From Candidatus Latescibacterota bacterium (GTDB taxonomy: Bacteria; Latescibacterota; UBA2968; UBA8231): DNA of 64,000 nt. Location of the stretch: contig CBDFJF010000002.1 of assembly GCA_965248265.1 (NCBI GenBank), positions 1,152,001-1,216,000 of the forward strand, written 5' to 3'. The notes under the pieces are model-generated. The model saw only the letters and a list, made by a program, of their open reading frames with translations. It was not told where the DNA came from and searched no databases. The translations under genes were made by a program, and so were the position numbers. This document shows positions 29,427 through 39,559 of the stretch, one piece after another (the first letter of the stretch is position 1; every line of letters starts with the position of its first letter).

Positions 29427-29805
29427 TCGCGTCCAATACCTGAGCGTGGATGAGGTGGTCGCCATCCACGACCGCCTCATCGATACATTCGGTGGCGCCG
29501 CAGGCACACGCGACCTCGGCCTGCTCGAGAGCGCTCTCTTTCGTCCCCGGACTGGTTACTACTCCGACATCACAGAAATGGCTGCGGCCCTTTTCGAATC
29601 GCTGCTGATGAACCATCCATTCGTCGATGGCAACAAGCGAGTCGCCTTCTTTGCCACGGATGTCTTCCTGAGATTGAACGGCTGGAAACTCCAGGTCGAT
29701 CCGGAGGAGGCGCACAGGTTCCTGATCGGACTTCTGGACGAGGGCCACTGTGATTTCGAGCGCCTGCTACCGTGGATCGGTGGGGTTCTCGAGGAGACCG
29801 ACTGA
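29416..29805 (+). CDS. doc: Death-on-curing (Fic/Doc) toxin
   Basis: YLSVDEVVAIH, RDLGLLESAL.RP, HPFVDGNKR. Confidence 0.92.
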   Translation: MPSDRVQYLSVDEVVAIHDRLIDTFGGAAGTRDLGLLESALFRPRTGYYSDITEMAAALFESLLMNHPFVDGNKRVAFFATDVFLRLNGWKLQVDPEEAHRFLIGLLDEGHCDFERLLPWIGGVLEETD

Positions 29806-29857
29806 TTTGACCTGACGGATCAGAAACCGTCACGGCGCGCCCGTCGTCGGCTCGACT

Positions 29858-31045
29858 TCAGCCCGCCGCGATCTTCGCGAGCAGTACCCTGTTGATGTCC
29901 CCCTCGCGTTCGCCCGACCTGACACCTTCCCCACAAGTGACCCAACTCTCTGTCTCGCTAACCTGACAGACGCCGAAGTTTCCCATGGCGGCGTCGTTTT
30001 CCGGGAGCGCTACGCGCTCGGTGCTGCGGATCACTTGCAGCCTGTCGGGATCCACCTCGGCGATGAAGACTGGTGCCCGATGGCGAAAGATGTGGTCGTT
30101 GTCTGCGCCGGGGCGGTTGTAGAGCAGATAGAGGCCCCCACCGATGGTCGCCCAGTGCTGCTGGGTGCAGTAGCTGCCGAGGATTTCGCTGTCGTTGAAG
30201 GTCCACTCCCTGACCTCCTCGAAGTGGATGCCGTCAATGCCTTTGGTCACGAATGCGCTGTGATCCGAGCGCATCGTCAGAAAGAACGCTCCGTCGAAGG
30301 TGGTCAGAGACGGTTCGCACAGGCCGCGGGCTGAAAACTCGACACCACGCCGCGCAGCGAGTCGGCGAGAATGGTCTCGCGAGATGGAGTGCTCCGTTCC
30401 GTGCTCTTTATAGGTCAGCGTCTGTCCGTCGAAGCCACAGCGCGCCACGATGCTGTTGTAGAGGACTCTCTCATCGCTGAAGTCAAACATGTCCTCATTC
30501 TCGTCCAGGTCGGAACTTGGCATATAAACTATCGGCAGCAGAATATCCCCGTCAGGCAAATCGACTCGCTGGCTGCATCCAGCGCTCTGAGCCAGCATGG
30601 GCTGGGACGCGTGGTCCCGCTCGGGCAACTCCAGCTCCCGCAGCGGACCCCAGGTCTCTGTTTTCGGATCCATCACCGCGTAGGCGACCCGGTGCCTGAG
30701 GTGGTGCTCGTGCCTGCCGCCGGCAAAGTAGAAGCTGACGCCGGAGCTGAGAATTATACCGCTGGGGGCGTGCCACTGGGTCCAGAAATCGCTGCCGGCC
30801 ACTTCGTATCCGTCGGCAGTCTCAACACGGCGTAGCGAGGCGACAGCAGCGGGTGCAGACCAGGTCGTGCCGTCGTCCCGGCTGATCGACTGATAGACGT
30901 CGCAATAGTCGTGCGTGAACCGGTGTCGTGTCTGGTTCATCGTGGTCACGCACACGGGTGATTCGCCGGGGATGTAGGCCGACCGGGCCTGAAACCAATC
31001 CCATTGGTCGTTGCCTTCGGCGATCGTCGAGCAGGTTATCTGCAT
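29858..31045 (-). CDS. Sialidase/BNR-type beta-propeller
   Basis: SRDDGTTW, AGCSQR, RGLCEPSL, LGSYCTQQHW, HIFRHRAP. Confidence 0.8.
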   Translation of the reverse strand: MQITCSTIAEGNDQWDWFQARSAYIPGESPVCVTTMNQTRHRFTHDYCDVYQSISRDDGTTWSAPAAVASLRRVETADGYEVAGSDFWTQWHAPSGIILSSGVSFYFAGGRHEHHLRHRVAYAVMDPKTETWGPLRELELPERDHASQPMLAQSAGCSQRVDLPDGDILLPIVYMPSSDLDENEDMFDFSDERVLYNSIVARCGFDGQTLTYKEHGTEHSISRDHSRRLAARRGVEFSARGLCEPSLTTFDGAFFLTMRSDHSAFVTKGIDGIHFEEVREWTFNDSEILGSYCTQQHWATIGGGLYLLYNRPGADNDHIFRHRAPVFIAEVDPDRLQVIRSTERVALPENDAAMGNFGVCQVSETESWVTCGEGVRSGEREGDINRVLLAKIAAG

Positions 31046-31143
31046 CAGATCGGTGAAGCCGACGAGGGTGGCAGGGTTCCATACAGCCTCGTATCTAACC
31101 CACACTCACACACAGGGATAAAACCGCCTGCGGTCATATGCTA

Positions 31144-32957
31144 CTAGCGGAGCAGTAGAAGCTTGCGCGTTGCCACTCGATCGCCGGCTGTTAGACGGTA
31201 CAGGTATACGCCCGACGACAGATCTAGGCCAGCGTCGTCACGACCATCCCATAGGAGGGTGTATGTCCCTGCCTGGCGGCGCCCCTGCGCCAAGGTAGCC
31301 GCTTTCTGACCGGCCAGGTTGTAGAGTGCCAGCTCGATCTCCTGCGACCGCGGCAGGTCGAAGCTGATGGTGGTCTCGGGATTGAATGGGTTGGGATAGT
31401 TCTGCAGCAGCATGAAGGATTGAGGGGTTGCGTTGTCCCGTTCCTCCCGCACCGCGGTAGATGGTGGAGTGCCCTCGGTGATCACCAGACTCTGGTTGAC
31501 CGCCACATCGGTGAACACCTGCCTCACACCCGAAGGCCAGCGGATGATCAGCGAGTCCACGATGCTTGCGCTACCTATGCCGAAATCCACCGACAGCGAG
31601 TGGAACGAGAACAAGCCTGACCCGGCTTCCACGTCTCTGCGTTGCCGGAGATCGTCGACCACGGCAGTGATCCGGGTGCCAACCGCGTCGCGGTTGCTCG
31701 CAGTCCCCACCAGATTGAGTGTCAGCCAGTTGTTGTTGGTTCCCTCGTTGCGATAAAGTGCGTTCGGCCATCCGATGGGTCCACCATCAGAAAATTGGAC
31801 TGTCGGCAGATAGAGATCGAGATCACCGTCGTGGTCAAAGTCACCCCAGGAGGCCCCGCCTGAGTGCTGAGCAACGCCCGCACTTGCACCAATCTCCACG
31901 AATGGGCCATCCCCGCTGTTCTGGAACAGTCGGCTCGGGCTGCTGCTGGCGAGGTTCGACACGTAAAGGTCCAGATCTCCATCCTGGTCGGAGTCGACCC
32001 AGGTGGCGGTATTCCCGAAACCGGTTTTCGGATCGTCAACCACGGCATCTTCAGCAACGTCGGTGAAGGTACCGTCTCCATCGTTGCGGTACAGCCTGTT
32101 TGGTCCGCCGTTGTTGACCACATACAGATCCAGGTCGAGGTCGTTATCGAAATCGCCCCACGCCACCCCACGCGACAGCCCACTGGATCCTACACCGGCG
32201 GTGGCACCGACCTCGGTGAAGTCGCCATTCCCGTTATTGCGGTATAGCCTGCTGGGTTGGGGCACAGTACTACCATCATTCTCGAACTCGGAAGCGACAT
32301 AGAGGTCCTGATCACCGTCACCGTCGTAGTCCCCCCATGCTGCCCCCAGGCCATGGTCACTGCCTCCTATGCTCGGCCACGTATCGGTGAACGTGCCGTT
32401 CCCATTGTTCCGGTAGAGACGACTCGGTGGAGATTCAAAATCTGGACGAACGTTGACGACGAGCAGGTCGAGATCGCCGTCGTTGTCGTAGTCAGCCCAT
32501 GCTGCAGCCCTTACGTTGTCAAGATCTCCACTCTGGGCCATTCCCGAAGCCTGTCCCACTTCGGTAAAGGTTCCATCGCCATCGTTGTGGTAAAGCAGTT
32601 TTGCAACAGTTTCTGGATCGAGCGATCCCCCGGTCACTGACAAATCGAGATACCCATCGTTGTCGTAGTCTCCCAAACGGCCGTCCATGCAAAGGGGGCA
32701 TCCATGATACCCGAGGTGGCTGCAACATCGGTGAAACCGCCAACTGTCGCCTGCCGGTAAAGTCGGTCGGCAGTCCCTCCATTCGTTACGTAGAGGTCCA
32801 GATTGCCATCGTTGTCATAGTCTCCCCAGGCAGAGCCACGAGCACTACTATCGTCGGCCACGCCAAGCTCGACCGCTACATCAGTGAACACCTGTGCCTG
32901 GAGATCGTGCACTTCGAAAAAGGCCAGTGCAACACCGATCGCTATTGAAATCCGCAT
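31144..32957 (-). pseudogene. Secreted FG-GAP/VCBS repeat + ASPIC/UnbV + C-terminal sorting domain protein, split by 1-nt frameshift near 32673
   Basis: Signal peptide; repeated WGDYDNDGxLDLYV; NRDAVGTRI; QNYPNPFNP..SSGVYLYRL..KLLLLR; TGGGAGAC where TGG-GGA-GAC is needed. Confidence 0.88.
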
Positions 32958-32986
32958 GCCAACGCTCCTAACTATAGAGATGAAGA

Positions 32987-34561
32987 TTACGACTCAAAGA
33001 CTTGGATACGGCCTGAGTCGTCAGCAATGTAGATCGTACCCTTGGAGTCGACGACGATTGCTCCACCAACAGCCGAGGAGATCTTGAATTGCCCGTCACC
33101 CGATCCGAATTCGCCCCACTGGGTGACGAACCGTGAGAAATCGGTCATCGCTTCAAACACAAGCACCCGTCCCTGCTCTTCCAGTGCCAGCAGCCTCGAA
33201 CGCTGAGGGTCGAAGGCGAGTGCGACCGTGGTCTGGCTCATTCCCCGATCGTGCCCGACACCGCGGTCGATCGCGTCCAGTACTGTAAACAATAGGCCAG
33301 GCGTATCCTCGGTTGTGTTGCCTGACATCAACCGGTTGGCACGGCTATTCGGCAAGGAGAGGAAGATGCGGTCCATGCTGCGATCCACTGTCGCCGGCCC
33401 AACAGAGGCATCCACCACATCCGGAAAGCCGAATATGAACCGTCTCTGTGGCACTTCCTCATTATCTGATCGCAGTTGATAGCGCCATCCTCGGCTGTCG
33501 AACATGACAAGGTCTCCACTACTCACGAGATCCAGTCCGACGGGAGAGGCCCTCGCGGTCGCGATCGTGGTAGTCCACGCCACCTCACCCTGATGATCGA
33601 GTGCCCAGATACGACTTGTGCCATCATCCAGACCCACGGCGGCATAGACCTGTCCCCCGCCCGCTGCCATCTGAACCGTGGATTGCAGATCGGGACGTTC
33701 ACTGCCGGTTGACAGAGAGATGCACTCTGCGTCTGGCAAACAAGCCCAGACTGCGGCCGTCAAAGTCGGGACTCCGAAGCCGCTGGTACTGAGTTCCGAA
33801 ATGGTGGACGAGCCGACGAAGAGATCGTCCAGCTCATCCACGGCGAGTCCTATGGCGTACGGTTGCAGATTCTGTGGCAGTGGTACCACCATGACTTGCT
33901 GCAGTCCGTGGAACATGCCCGACTGCAGATTGCTCCCCACCCCCGTGGCTTCTCCCCAGATGCTGCGGACGTAAACCTGGTAGGTGTATTCGGTGTTCCC
34001 GTCCAAGCTGGTATCGACAAAAGCAGTCGTGCCCACATCCGCGAGTTCCATCACCACTCCCTCCGACAATCCGTCAGCACTTCTGTGGATCTCGTAGGCA
34101 TCAAAACCAGGGCCACCATAGGCAGACCAGAACAGGTCTGCCGAGGCCGAGTCACTGCTGAACGAGACGGCGTCGAGATGAACGGGCGGTAGACTGAACT
34201 CTCTCGCTGTCACTTCCTCCGATGAAACCGTGAACGCCGACTGGTTTTCAGTCAGGACTCGAAAGCTGTATGAAATTTCGGGTTCGAGAGAAGTGAGAAA
34301 CGACGTCTCGGCCGGATCGGTGATGGTGGCGAGTGTATCGACGGAGTCCACTCCAGCCACCTTGCGCAATACGCGATACGATGCGAAAGCCGCTTTCCCT
34401 GAATATGGCGTCCACGTCAGCGTAGCCGTTCCAAGCGTGTCGTTGAGGGCAACTTGGAGTTGTGACGCTGGCGTCAGGTTCGGATCGAAAGGGTTCTCGC
34501 GCTGCGCGTCGTGGCAGGATGCCAGCAGAGCCAGCAGAAGTAGGAGACAGAATGGTGCCAT
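32987..34561 (-). CDS. Lipoprotein with fibronectin type III-like domains and beta-propeller/NHL C-terminus
   Basis: Lipobox LLALLASC, RENPFDP, YEIHRS..FVDTSLDGNTEYTYQV, WGEFGSGDGQF..VDSKGTIYIAD..RIQVF. Confidence 0.8.
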   Translation of the reverse strand: MAPFCLLLLLALLASCHDAQRENPFDPNLTPASQLQVALNDTLGTATLTWTPYSGKAAFASYRVLRKVAGVDSVDTLATITDPAETSFLTSLEPEISYSFRVLTENQSAFTVSSEEVTAREFSLPPVHLDAVSFSSDSASADLFWSAYGGPGFDAYEIHRSADGLSEGVVMELADVGTTAFVDTSLDGNTEYTYQVYVRSIWGEATGVGSNLQSGMFHGLQQVMVVPLPQNLQPYAIGLAVDELDDLFVGSSTISELSTSGFGVPTLTAAVWACLPDAECISLSTGSERPDLQSTVQMAAGGGQVYAAVGLDDGTSRIWALDHQGEVAWTTTIATARASPVGLDLVSSGDLVMFDSRGWRYQLRSDNEEVPQRRFIFGFPDVVDASVGPATVDRSMDRIFLSLPNSRANRLMSGNTTEDTPGLLFTVLDAIDRGVGHDRGMSQTTVALAFDPQRSRLLALEEQGRVLVFEAMTDFSRFVTQWGEFGSGDGQFKISSAVGGAIVVDSKGTIYIADDSGRIQVFES

Positions 34562-35023
34562 AGGTAACGGTCCGGCCTGTAGGGGTGGTTGTCTCCGAAC
34601 CGTCCAGAACTTCAGAATCGGCTCGCCGTTCTGTCCGGAATCTTGGACGAAGTCAGCGATCACCAGCGGCGGCGTCGCGACGGAGTGCCGCATACTCCCG
34701 ACAAACCGTGGGCGCGAAGTGCCAGACGACTTGGTGGGGGCACGTGCGACTGGCGAAGGGCTGTTCCAGCCCATTCCATACCGAGTCTTGAGCATGTCTC
34801 GGTTAACGACGCGCGTTAAGCGTATACGGGGAGGTGGCTGGCCGCAAGCCTTCGCGTTGAAGCGATTTAGCCCCGTTAAGAAAGATTGCGAGGGGGCTGA
34901 GGCCGGTTTACCTCGAAAGCATCATCGCTGGCACCGCGGGTGTGGGTTGGGCAGTTAGACTCGCCAGCAAGGCCGACGGCATCTTCCCCGGTGTAACAAC
35001 AGGGTCCTCGCTAAGCAGCTCGT

Positions 35024-36628
35024 CTAGAGCCGGTAGGCGAACAGTTTCGCCTGAAACATCTTCACGCGTATGGCCGCCATCTCACCGACGCGGGAGATAT
35101 CACTGGTTCCTTTCCAGGTGACGACCTGGTCTTCCTCGTCTCCCGTCAGTCGGTCGCACTCCTCGAAGGAGTACCCTGTGAGGGGATTGGCGTCCGGAGC
35201 CAGCATGGTAGGGATCAGCGGCAGTAGCTCGACCTCGATCCAACCGCCCGGTGCGCAGCGGTAGTTGAGGCGCAGTTCGTTCTCCAGGCGAAAGACCGTG
35301 GGAATGGTGAAGCTACCCTCCGAGTCAGCCTGCACGCCGCAAAGACGGTGGGGCCGCCAGCGCGCCCACCGGTTCTGCAGTGGCCCCATCTGCGGGAAAA
35401 GCGCGGGTTGACGTTCCTCTTCAACCGTGTGCAAGACCGAGTGGCCCTGGTACGGGACGGCCCAATGGCCATCGGGGAGCTCCACCAGGCCGTTGCGCCA
35501 CACGTGAATCTGGGCATCCTCGCCACTTCCCGGTGGACCCAGGCCGGCAACGGGCCGGCGCTCCGGCCGGGTCCATACCAGCCCGTCGCGGCTGAAGGCG
35601 ATCTGCAGGTCCACGTGATCGGTGACCTGGTGAAAAACCGGTAGGATCATCGCGTGCAGGTCCTGCCGGCCCGGGTAGGGGAAATAGCACGCCCCGTAGA
35701 AGGAGATGTCCAGCGGATCCTGCGCGTCGGGATGGAGCAGGAGCTTGGCCGCCGGCCAATGGCGGAAATCCTTGGTCCGCGTCAGCCCGACAGCGCGGCG
35801 CACGACCTCGGTCTCGGGGATACCCGCTCCCATGCCCACAGGCTCGTCCGGGGCACAGCCCTGGGGCTGGATGTAGGCGTAATAGCACTTGTTGTCCTCG
35901 TCATACCCGGTGCTGATGCCGCCGTTTACGGAATAGTGGGCGAGGGGTTCTTCGATCCGTGCCCAAGAGAAGAGGTCGGGGGAGGTCCAACCCACCATCC
36001 GACCCTTGAGAACCACCTTGCGACCGCTGTAGGCTGCCCCCTCATACTGTTCGGCGCGCCAGCATTTGTCCGCCTCCACCCCATCCACCTCCTCACCCGA
36101 GTCGCGATCCTTCCAGAACCCTTGTGCCTCCAGGATTTTGAAGCGCTCGGCAGGCGGCGCCGAGGGATCTTCCAGGATGCTGCCGGGAGGTGTCGCGGTC
36201 TTGAGGATGTTGTTATCAGTGGAACCGTTGAACTCCGTCTGATTCAGCGCCGGCCGCTGCCAATGATAGCCGTCACCGCTGGTGGCATAGCAGGAGTGTT
36301 TTCCGGCTTCGTACAGCATGTGAAGTTGTCCGTCTTCATGCCAGAAATAGACAGGGTCCAAACGGTCGCCCGCCTCCCATTCTCGTTTGGGAGTCTGAAA
36401 CAGTTCGCGTCGGTCTGCCTCCTCCACCCGCAACTGCACGCCGATCGGGCCGTCGAACATTTCATAGCGTCCATCCTTCGTGATGCTTCTGTGGCCGGTA
36501 AAGATCTCGGCCACGTCAACCATGGCCATCCACGTACCGGGATTGAATCGCGGTCGCACCCAATCACCGGGGAAGTAACTACCGCGCTCCAGAATCTTCT
36601 GTCGTTGGTCTGTCATTGGCTTATCCAC
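35024..36628 (-). CDS. Putative beta-propeller glycosidase-like protein
   Basis: CYATSGDGYHWQRPAL, LQIAFSRDGLVWTR, YSFEECDRL; related to 52973-54508. Confidence 0.65.
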   Translation of the reverse strand: MDKPMTDQRQKILERGSYFPGDWVRPRFNPGTWMAMVDVAEIFTGHRSITKDGRYEMFDGPIGVQLRVEEADRRELFQTPKREWEAGDRLDPVYFWHEDGQLHMLYEAGKHSCYATSGDGYHWQRPALNQTEFNGSTDNNILKTATPPGSILEDPSAPPAERFKILEAQGFWKDRDSGEEVDGVEADKCWRAEQYEGAAYSGRKVVLKGRMVGWTSPDLFSWARIEEPLAHYSVNGGISTGYDEDNKCYYAYIQPQGCAPDEPVGMGAGIPETEVVRRAVGLTRTKDFRHWPAAKLLLHPDAQDPLDISFYGACYFPYPGRQDLHAMILPVFHQVTDHVDLQIAFSRDGLVWTRPERRPVAGLGPPGSGEDAQIHVWRNGLVELPDGHWAVPYQGHSVLHTVEEERQPALFPQMGPLQNRWARWRPHRLCGVQADSEGSFTIPTVFRLENELRLNYRCAPGGWIEVELLPLIPTMLAPDANPLTGYSFEECDRLTGDEEDQVVTWKGTSDISRVGEMAAIRVKMFQAKLFAYRL

Positions 36629-36634
36629 ACTGAT

Positions 36635-37558
36635 TTACCCACATTGGGCCCATTCTTCGGAAAGTCGGTCGAACCTATCGTGCAGCGCATCGACCGCCGC
36701 CGACGGGATCGGCAGACTGCTGTTGACCATCTCTACGTTCGACTCCAGGTGATGGCGGCGCTCCGTGCCGACGATGGCCACATCGACTTCGTCATGCGCC
36801 AGCACGAATCCCAAGGCCGTCAGGATGCGGTCCTCCGGTTCGGACGGCAGCGGACCTTCAGCCTGCAGCACGCCCGTCCGGCGGAAATACTCCTCCGTGT
36901 AGCTGGGAATGTGCTCATATGGCCTCGGGTCTTTGGGGGCTCCCCACACTGCATTGCCGATCGGCCGCTTGACGATGACGCCCATTCCCTGTTGCTCTGC
37001 CTTGTGGAGGAGTGTGGTGCGAGCTTTCTGGTCTACGAGGTTGAACGAGGTCTGCAGGGTATCGAAGACTCCCGAATCGACCGCCCATTCTGCGTGTTCG
37101 TTGTCGCCCGAGTAACCGATGAATCTGGTTTTGCCGGCCGCTTTCGTCTTCTGCAACGCCTCGATTACCTCGCCGCGCTCCAGCACCTCCACCTTGCAGG
37201 AGTGGAGTTGCAGGATGTCCACGTGGTCCGTCTTCATCCGTTGCAATGAGCGGTCGATGCTTTCATCGATGACCTCGGTAGTCCAGTCTTCTCCCTCTCC
37301 CCGGGGCAGGTAGTGCCCGCACTTGGTGGCGAGGATGAACTCGTCGCGCCGATCCGACACGGCAGCGCCAACCCACTCTTCGCTCAGCGCGTAGCAGGCC
37401 GCCGTATCCAGGAAGTTGATGTTCTGATCGAGCGCGGCATTGAGCACGTCCTGCACCTGCTGCTCGGAACCCTCGGGCACGTTGTAGCCGATTTCGGACA
37501 GGCCGAAGCCAAGTCGACTCACTTCGAGGCCGGTCTTGCCGAGGACTGTCGTCTGCAT
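36635..37558 (-). CDS. Aldo/keto reductase
   Basis: LGKTGLEVSRLGFG, FLDTAACY, LATKCG, DILQLH. Confidence 0.93.
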   Translation of the reverse strand: MQTTVLGKTGLEVSRLGFGLSEIGYNVPEGSEQQVQDVLNAALDQNINFLDTAACYALSEEWVGAAVSDRRDEFILATKCGHYLPRGEGEDWTTEVIDESIDRSLQRMKTDHVDILQLHSCKVEVLERGEVIEALQKTKAAGKTRFIGYSGDNEHAEWAVDSGVFDTLQTSFNLVDQKARTTLLHKAEQQGMGVIVKRPIGNAVWGAPKDPRPYEHIPSYTEEYFRRTGVLQAEGPLPSEPEDRILTALGFVLAHDEVDVAIVGTERRHHLESNVEMVNSSLPIPSAAVDALHDRFDRLSEEWAQCG

Positions 37559-37855
37559 GATAGGTCTCTCTTTCATTGGATGGATTGAACCGCAGCGCCC
37601 GGAAATATATCACATCTGAACACCGAATCCATCGCCGGAGCGCCAGGTGTCGGACTCGGGCCAGCGGCGCCAGGTGGCTGTGCCCGCCATTGACTGTTGA
37701 TGTCGGCGATGTCGAAGTTCAGTTGAGTGTGAATGACAGTACACCGGTAGTACATCGGCGCAGTGCATCAGGCAGTCATTGAGCCAACATCAGAGAGTGC
37801 CCGAGAGCGCCCGATTTTCGGAAGCTGCTGAATCACGTAAAGAAAGCGAACAATT

Positions 37856-38659
37856 GTGAAGCTCGGCGCATCGACCATTCCGTTCATGCAGGAGCCACTC
37901 ACCAGCGACGTGCTGGCGACTTACAGCGAGGCGGGCATTCAGTCGCTGGAACTGTCCGATTACCACCCGAACTTCTCCTTCTCCGACGCCGGGTTCAGCG
38001 CCTTCCTGAAGCAGGGGTTGCGGGACATGGAGTTCCACCTCAACTCCATCCACATTCACATGATCCATCGCGATCCGGCCAGCGATCTGGCGAGTCTGGA
38101 TCCGACTCATCGAGATAAGGCGCTGGGTGATCACAAGCAGGCTGTTGATCTGGCTGCCGATCTCGGGGGCTGTATTCTGGTGACGCACGACATCGCCATT
38201 CCCGAGCCGGACGCAGAGTTCGGGCTGGAAAAGCGCGCGGCTTTCGTGCAGGGCATGGGGGAGGTAGCCGAGTACGCCGCACCGGCTGGCGTGCGGTTGG
38301 CATTGGAGAACACGGGCAGGAGCGGGTACACCGGCAATCCGGAACGCCTCGTCGCCCTCATGCAAGACCTCGGTGCCCCGAACGTGGGCGTCGTCATCGA
38401 CACCGGTCACCGCAATCTCACCGGCGACCCGGCCGCTGCCCTGCGCACCGTCGGGGACCACCTGATCACACTCCACCTTCACGACAACCATGGCGAGCGC
38501 GACGAGCATCTGTTGCCGGGACGCGGCAATATTGCCTGGGGCGAAGTGGGTGAGGCGCTGAAGGATGTCGGCTATGACGGGGTGTTCATGTACGAGATCA
38601 ACCGGACTGAGGATGTGCGGGAACTGGCGGCAAACGCCGCCTGGGTCCAGGGACTGTGA
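37856..38659 (+). CDS. Sugar phosphate isomerase/epimerase (xylose isomerase-like TIM barrel)
   Basis: LALENT, IDTGH, HLHDNHG..DEHLLPGRG, FMYE. Confidence 0.92.
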   Translation: MKLGASTIPFMQEPLTSDVLATYSEAGIQSLELSDYHPNFSFSDAGFSAFLKQGLRDMEFHLNSIHIHMIHRDPASDLASLDPTHRDKALGDHKQAVDLAADLGGCILVTHDIAIPEPDAEFGLEKRAAFVQGMGEVAEYAAPAGVRLALENTGRSGYTGNPERLVALMQDLGAPNVGVVIDTGHRNLTGDPAAALRTVGDHLITLHLHDNHGERDEHLLPGRGNIAWGEVGEALKDVGYDGVFMYEINRTEDVRELAANAAWVQGL

Positions 38660-38725
38660 GGCATACGGGCCTCACGTTTCGATGCCCGGATCAGGACCAC
38701 CGCCCACTGAGGCGCTGCGGAACCT

Positions 38726-39538
38726 TCATGCTGAAGCGGCGTACTCGCCCCTGGCATTCCAGCCCGGGTACTGCTCCTCCAAACGCGCCAGAGTCTGACT
38801 GTCATAGTAGGAATGCCCCGCGGGAGGAAATCTGAAGAATTCTCGCTGCCTCGCCGTCAGCGAACCGATGAACTTCGCGAAACGCTCTTTCATCCCCAAG
38901 CTGGTATAGCAGAACATCCCCTCCCAGTAGTGGTCGGCGCGCCCGTAGATGCGGGTGACGGAATACCGTTGCCCCTCTTTGCCGTTGAACACGGTCGCTG
39001 AATGCCACAAATGGGCATTGAAGATCATCAGCGTCCCCGCCGGCACCACCAGCAAGACCTTCTTGGTCAAATCCTTGCCGTAGGGCTTGGGAATGATCCG
39101 CATGGGTGCCTGGTCTTCGCTTACTCCCTCGGGAAAGTACCATGAGCTGATCTGCGCGTACCTCTTGTTGTCGCAGGGAGGCAGAAGCGAGTTGTTGACA
39201 TTATCTATGTGCAGCCCCGGCTGTGTCGCCTCCGGGACGGGATACTTGGCCCAATTGTGGGCGTAACGGAAGTGAATATCTTCACTGTCGAGAGCCCGTT
39301 GCACAAAGTCGATGAGGTCCTCATCGACGGTGAGTTGGTTGAACAGCTGCTCGCCGTAGGGAAAGTCGTCGTCCCCGATGCCGCTTTCCGGCGGATCGTC
39401 CTTGATCTCTTCCCAGGGGGGGATGGTCTCGCGTAGCGCGGCGGCAATGCGCGCTCTCTTCTCTTCCTCATAGAAGTTCTCGACGACTACGAATCCCTGT
39501 TCTGCAAATGTATTCAACTGATCATCTGACAGCTTCAT
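38726..39538 (-). CDS. PhyH family dioxygenase
   Basis: FAEQGFVVV, LHIDN, AGTLMIFNAHLWH. Confidence 0.88.
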   Translation of the reverse strand: MKLSDDQLNTFAEQGFVVVENFYEEEKRARIAAALRETIPPWEEIKDDPPESGIGDDDFPYGEQLFNQLTVDEDLIDFVQRALDSEDIHFRYAHNWAKYPVPEATQPGLHIDNVNNSLLPPCDNKRYAQISSWYFPEGVSEDQAPMRIIPKPYGKDLTKKVLLVVPAGTLMIFNAHLWHSATVFNGKEGQRYSVTRIYGRADHYWEGMFCYTSLGMKERFAKFIGSLTARQREFFRFPPAGHSYYDSQTLARLEEQYPGWNARGEYAASA

Positions 39539-39559
39539 GGGGAACTCCAGTTGTCGCGT

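Noticed and set aside
34562-35023. Sigma-54 promoter or ncRNA in the long intergenic region
   Set aside because: GGCAC words lack correctly spaced -12 GC, and no convincing structured RNA is visible.
35654-37249. 531-aa plus-strand ORF (and similar long antisense ORFs at 7810, 26006, 28035, 52943)
   Set aside because: No motifs; they mirror well-supported opposite-strand genes, as expected in high-GC DNA.
37573-37790. Short ORFs and a repeated GCGCCAGGTG decamer
   Set aside because: Two copies of a GC-rich 10-mer and motif-less ORFs are compatible with chance.
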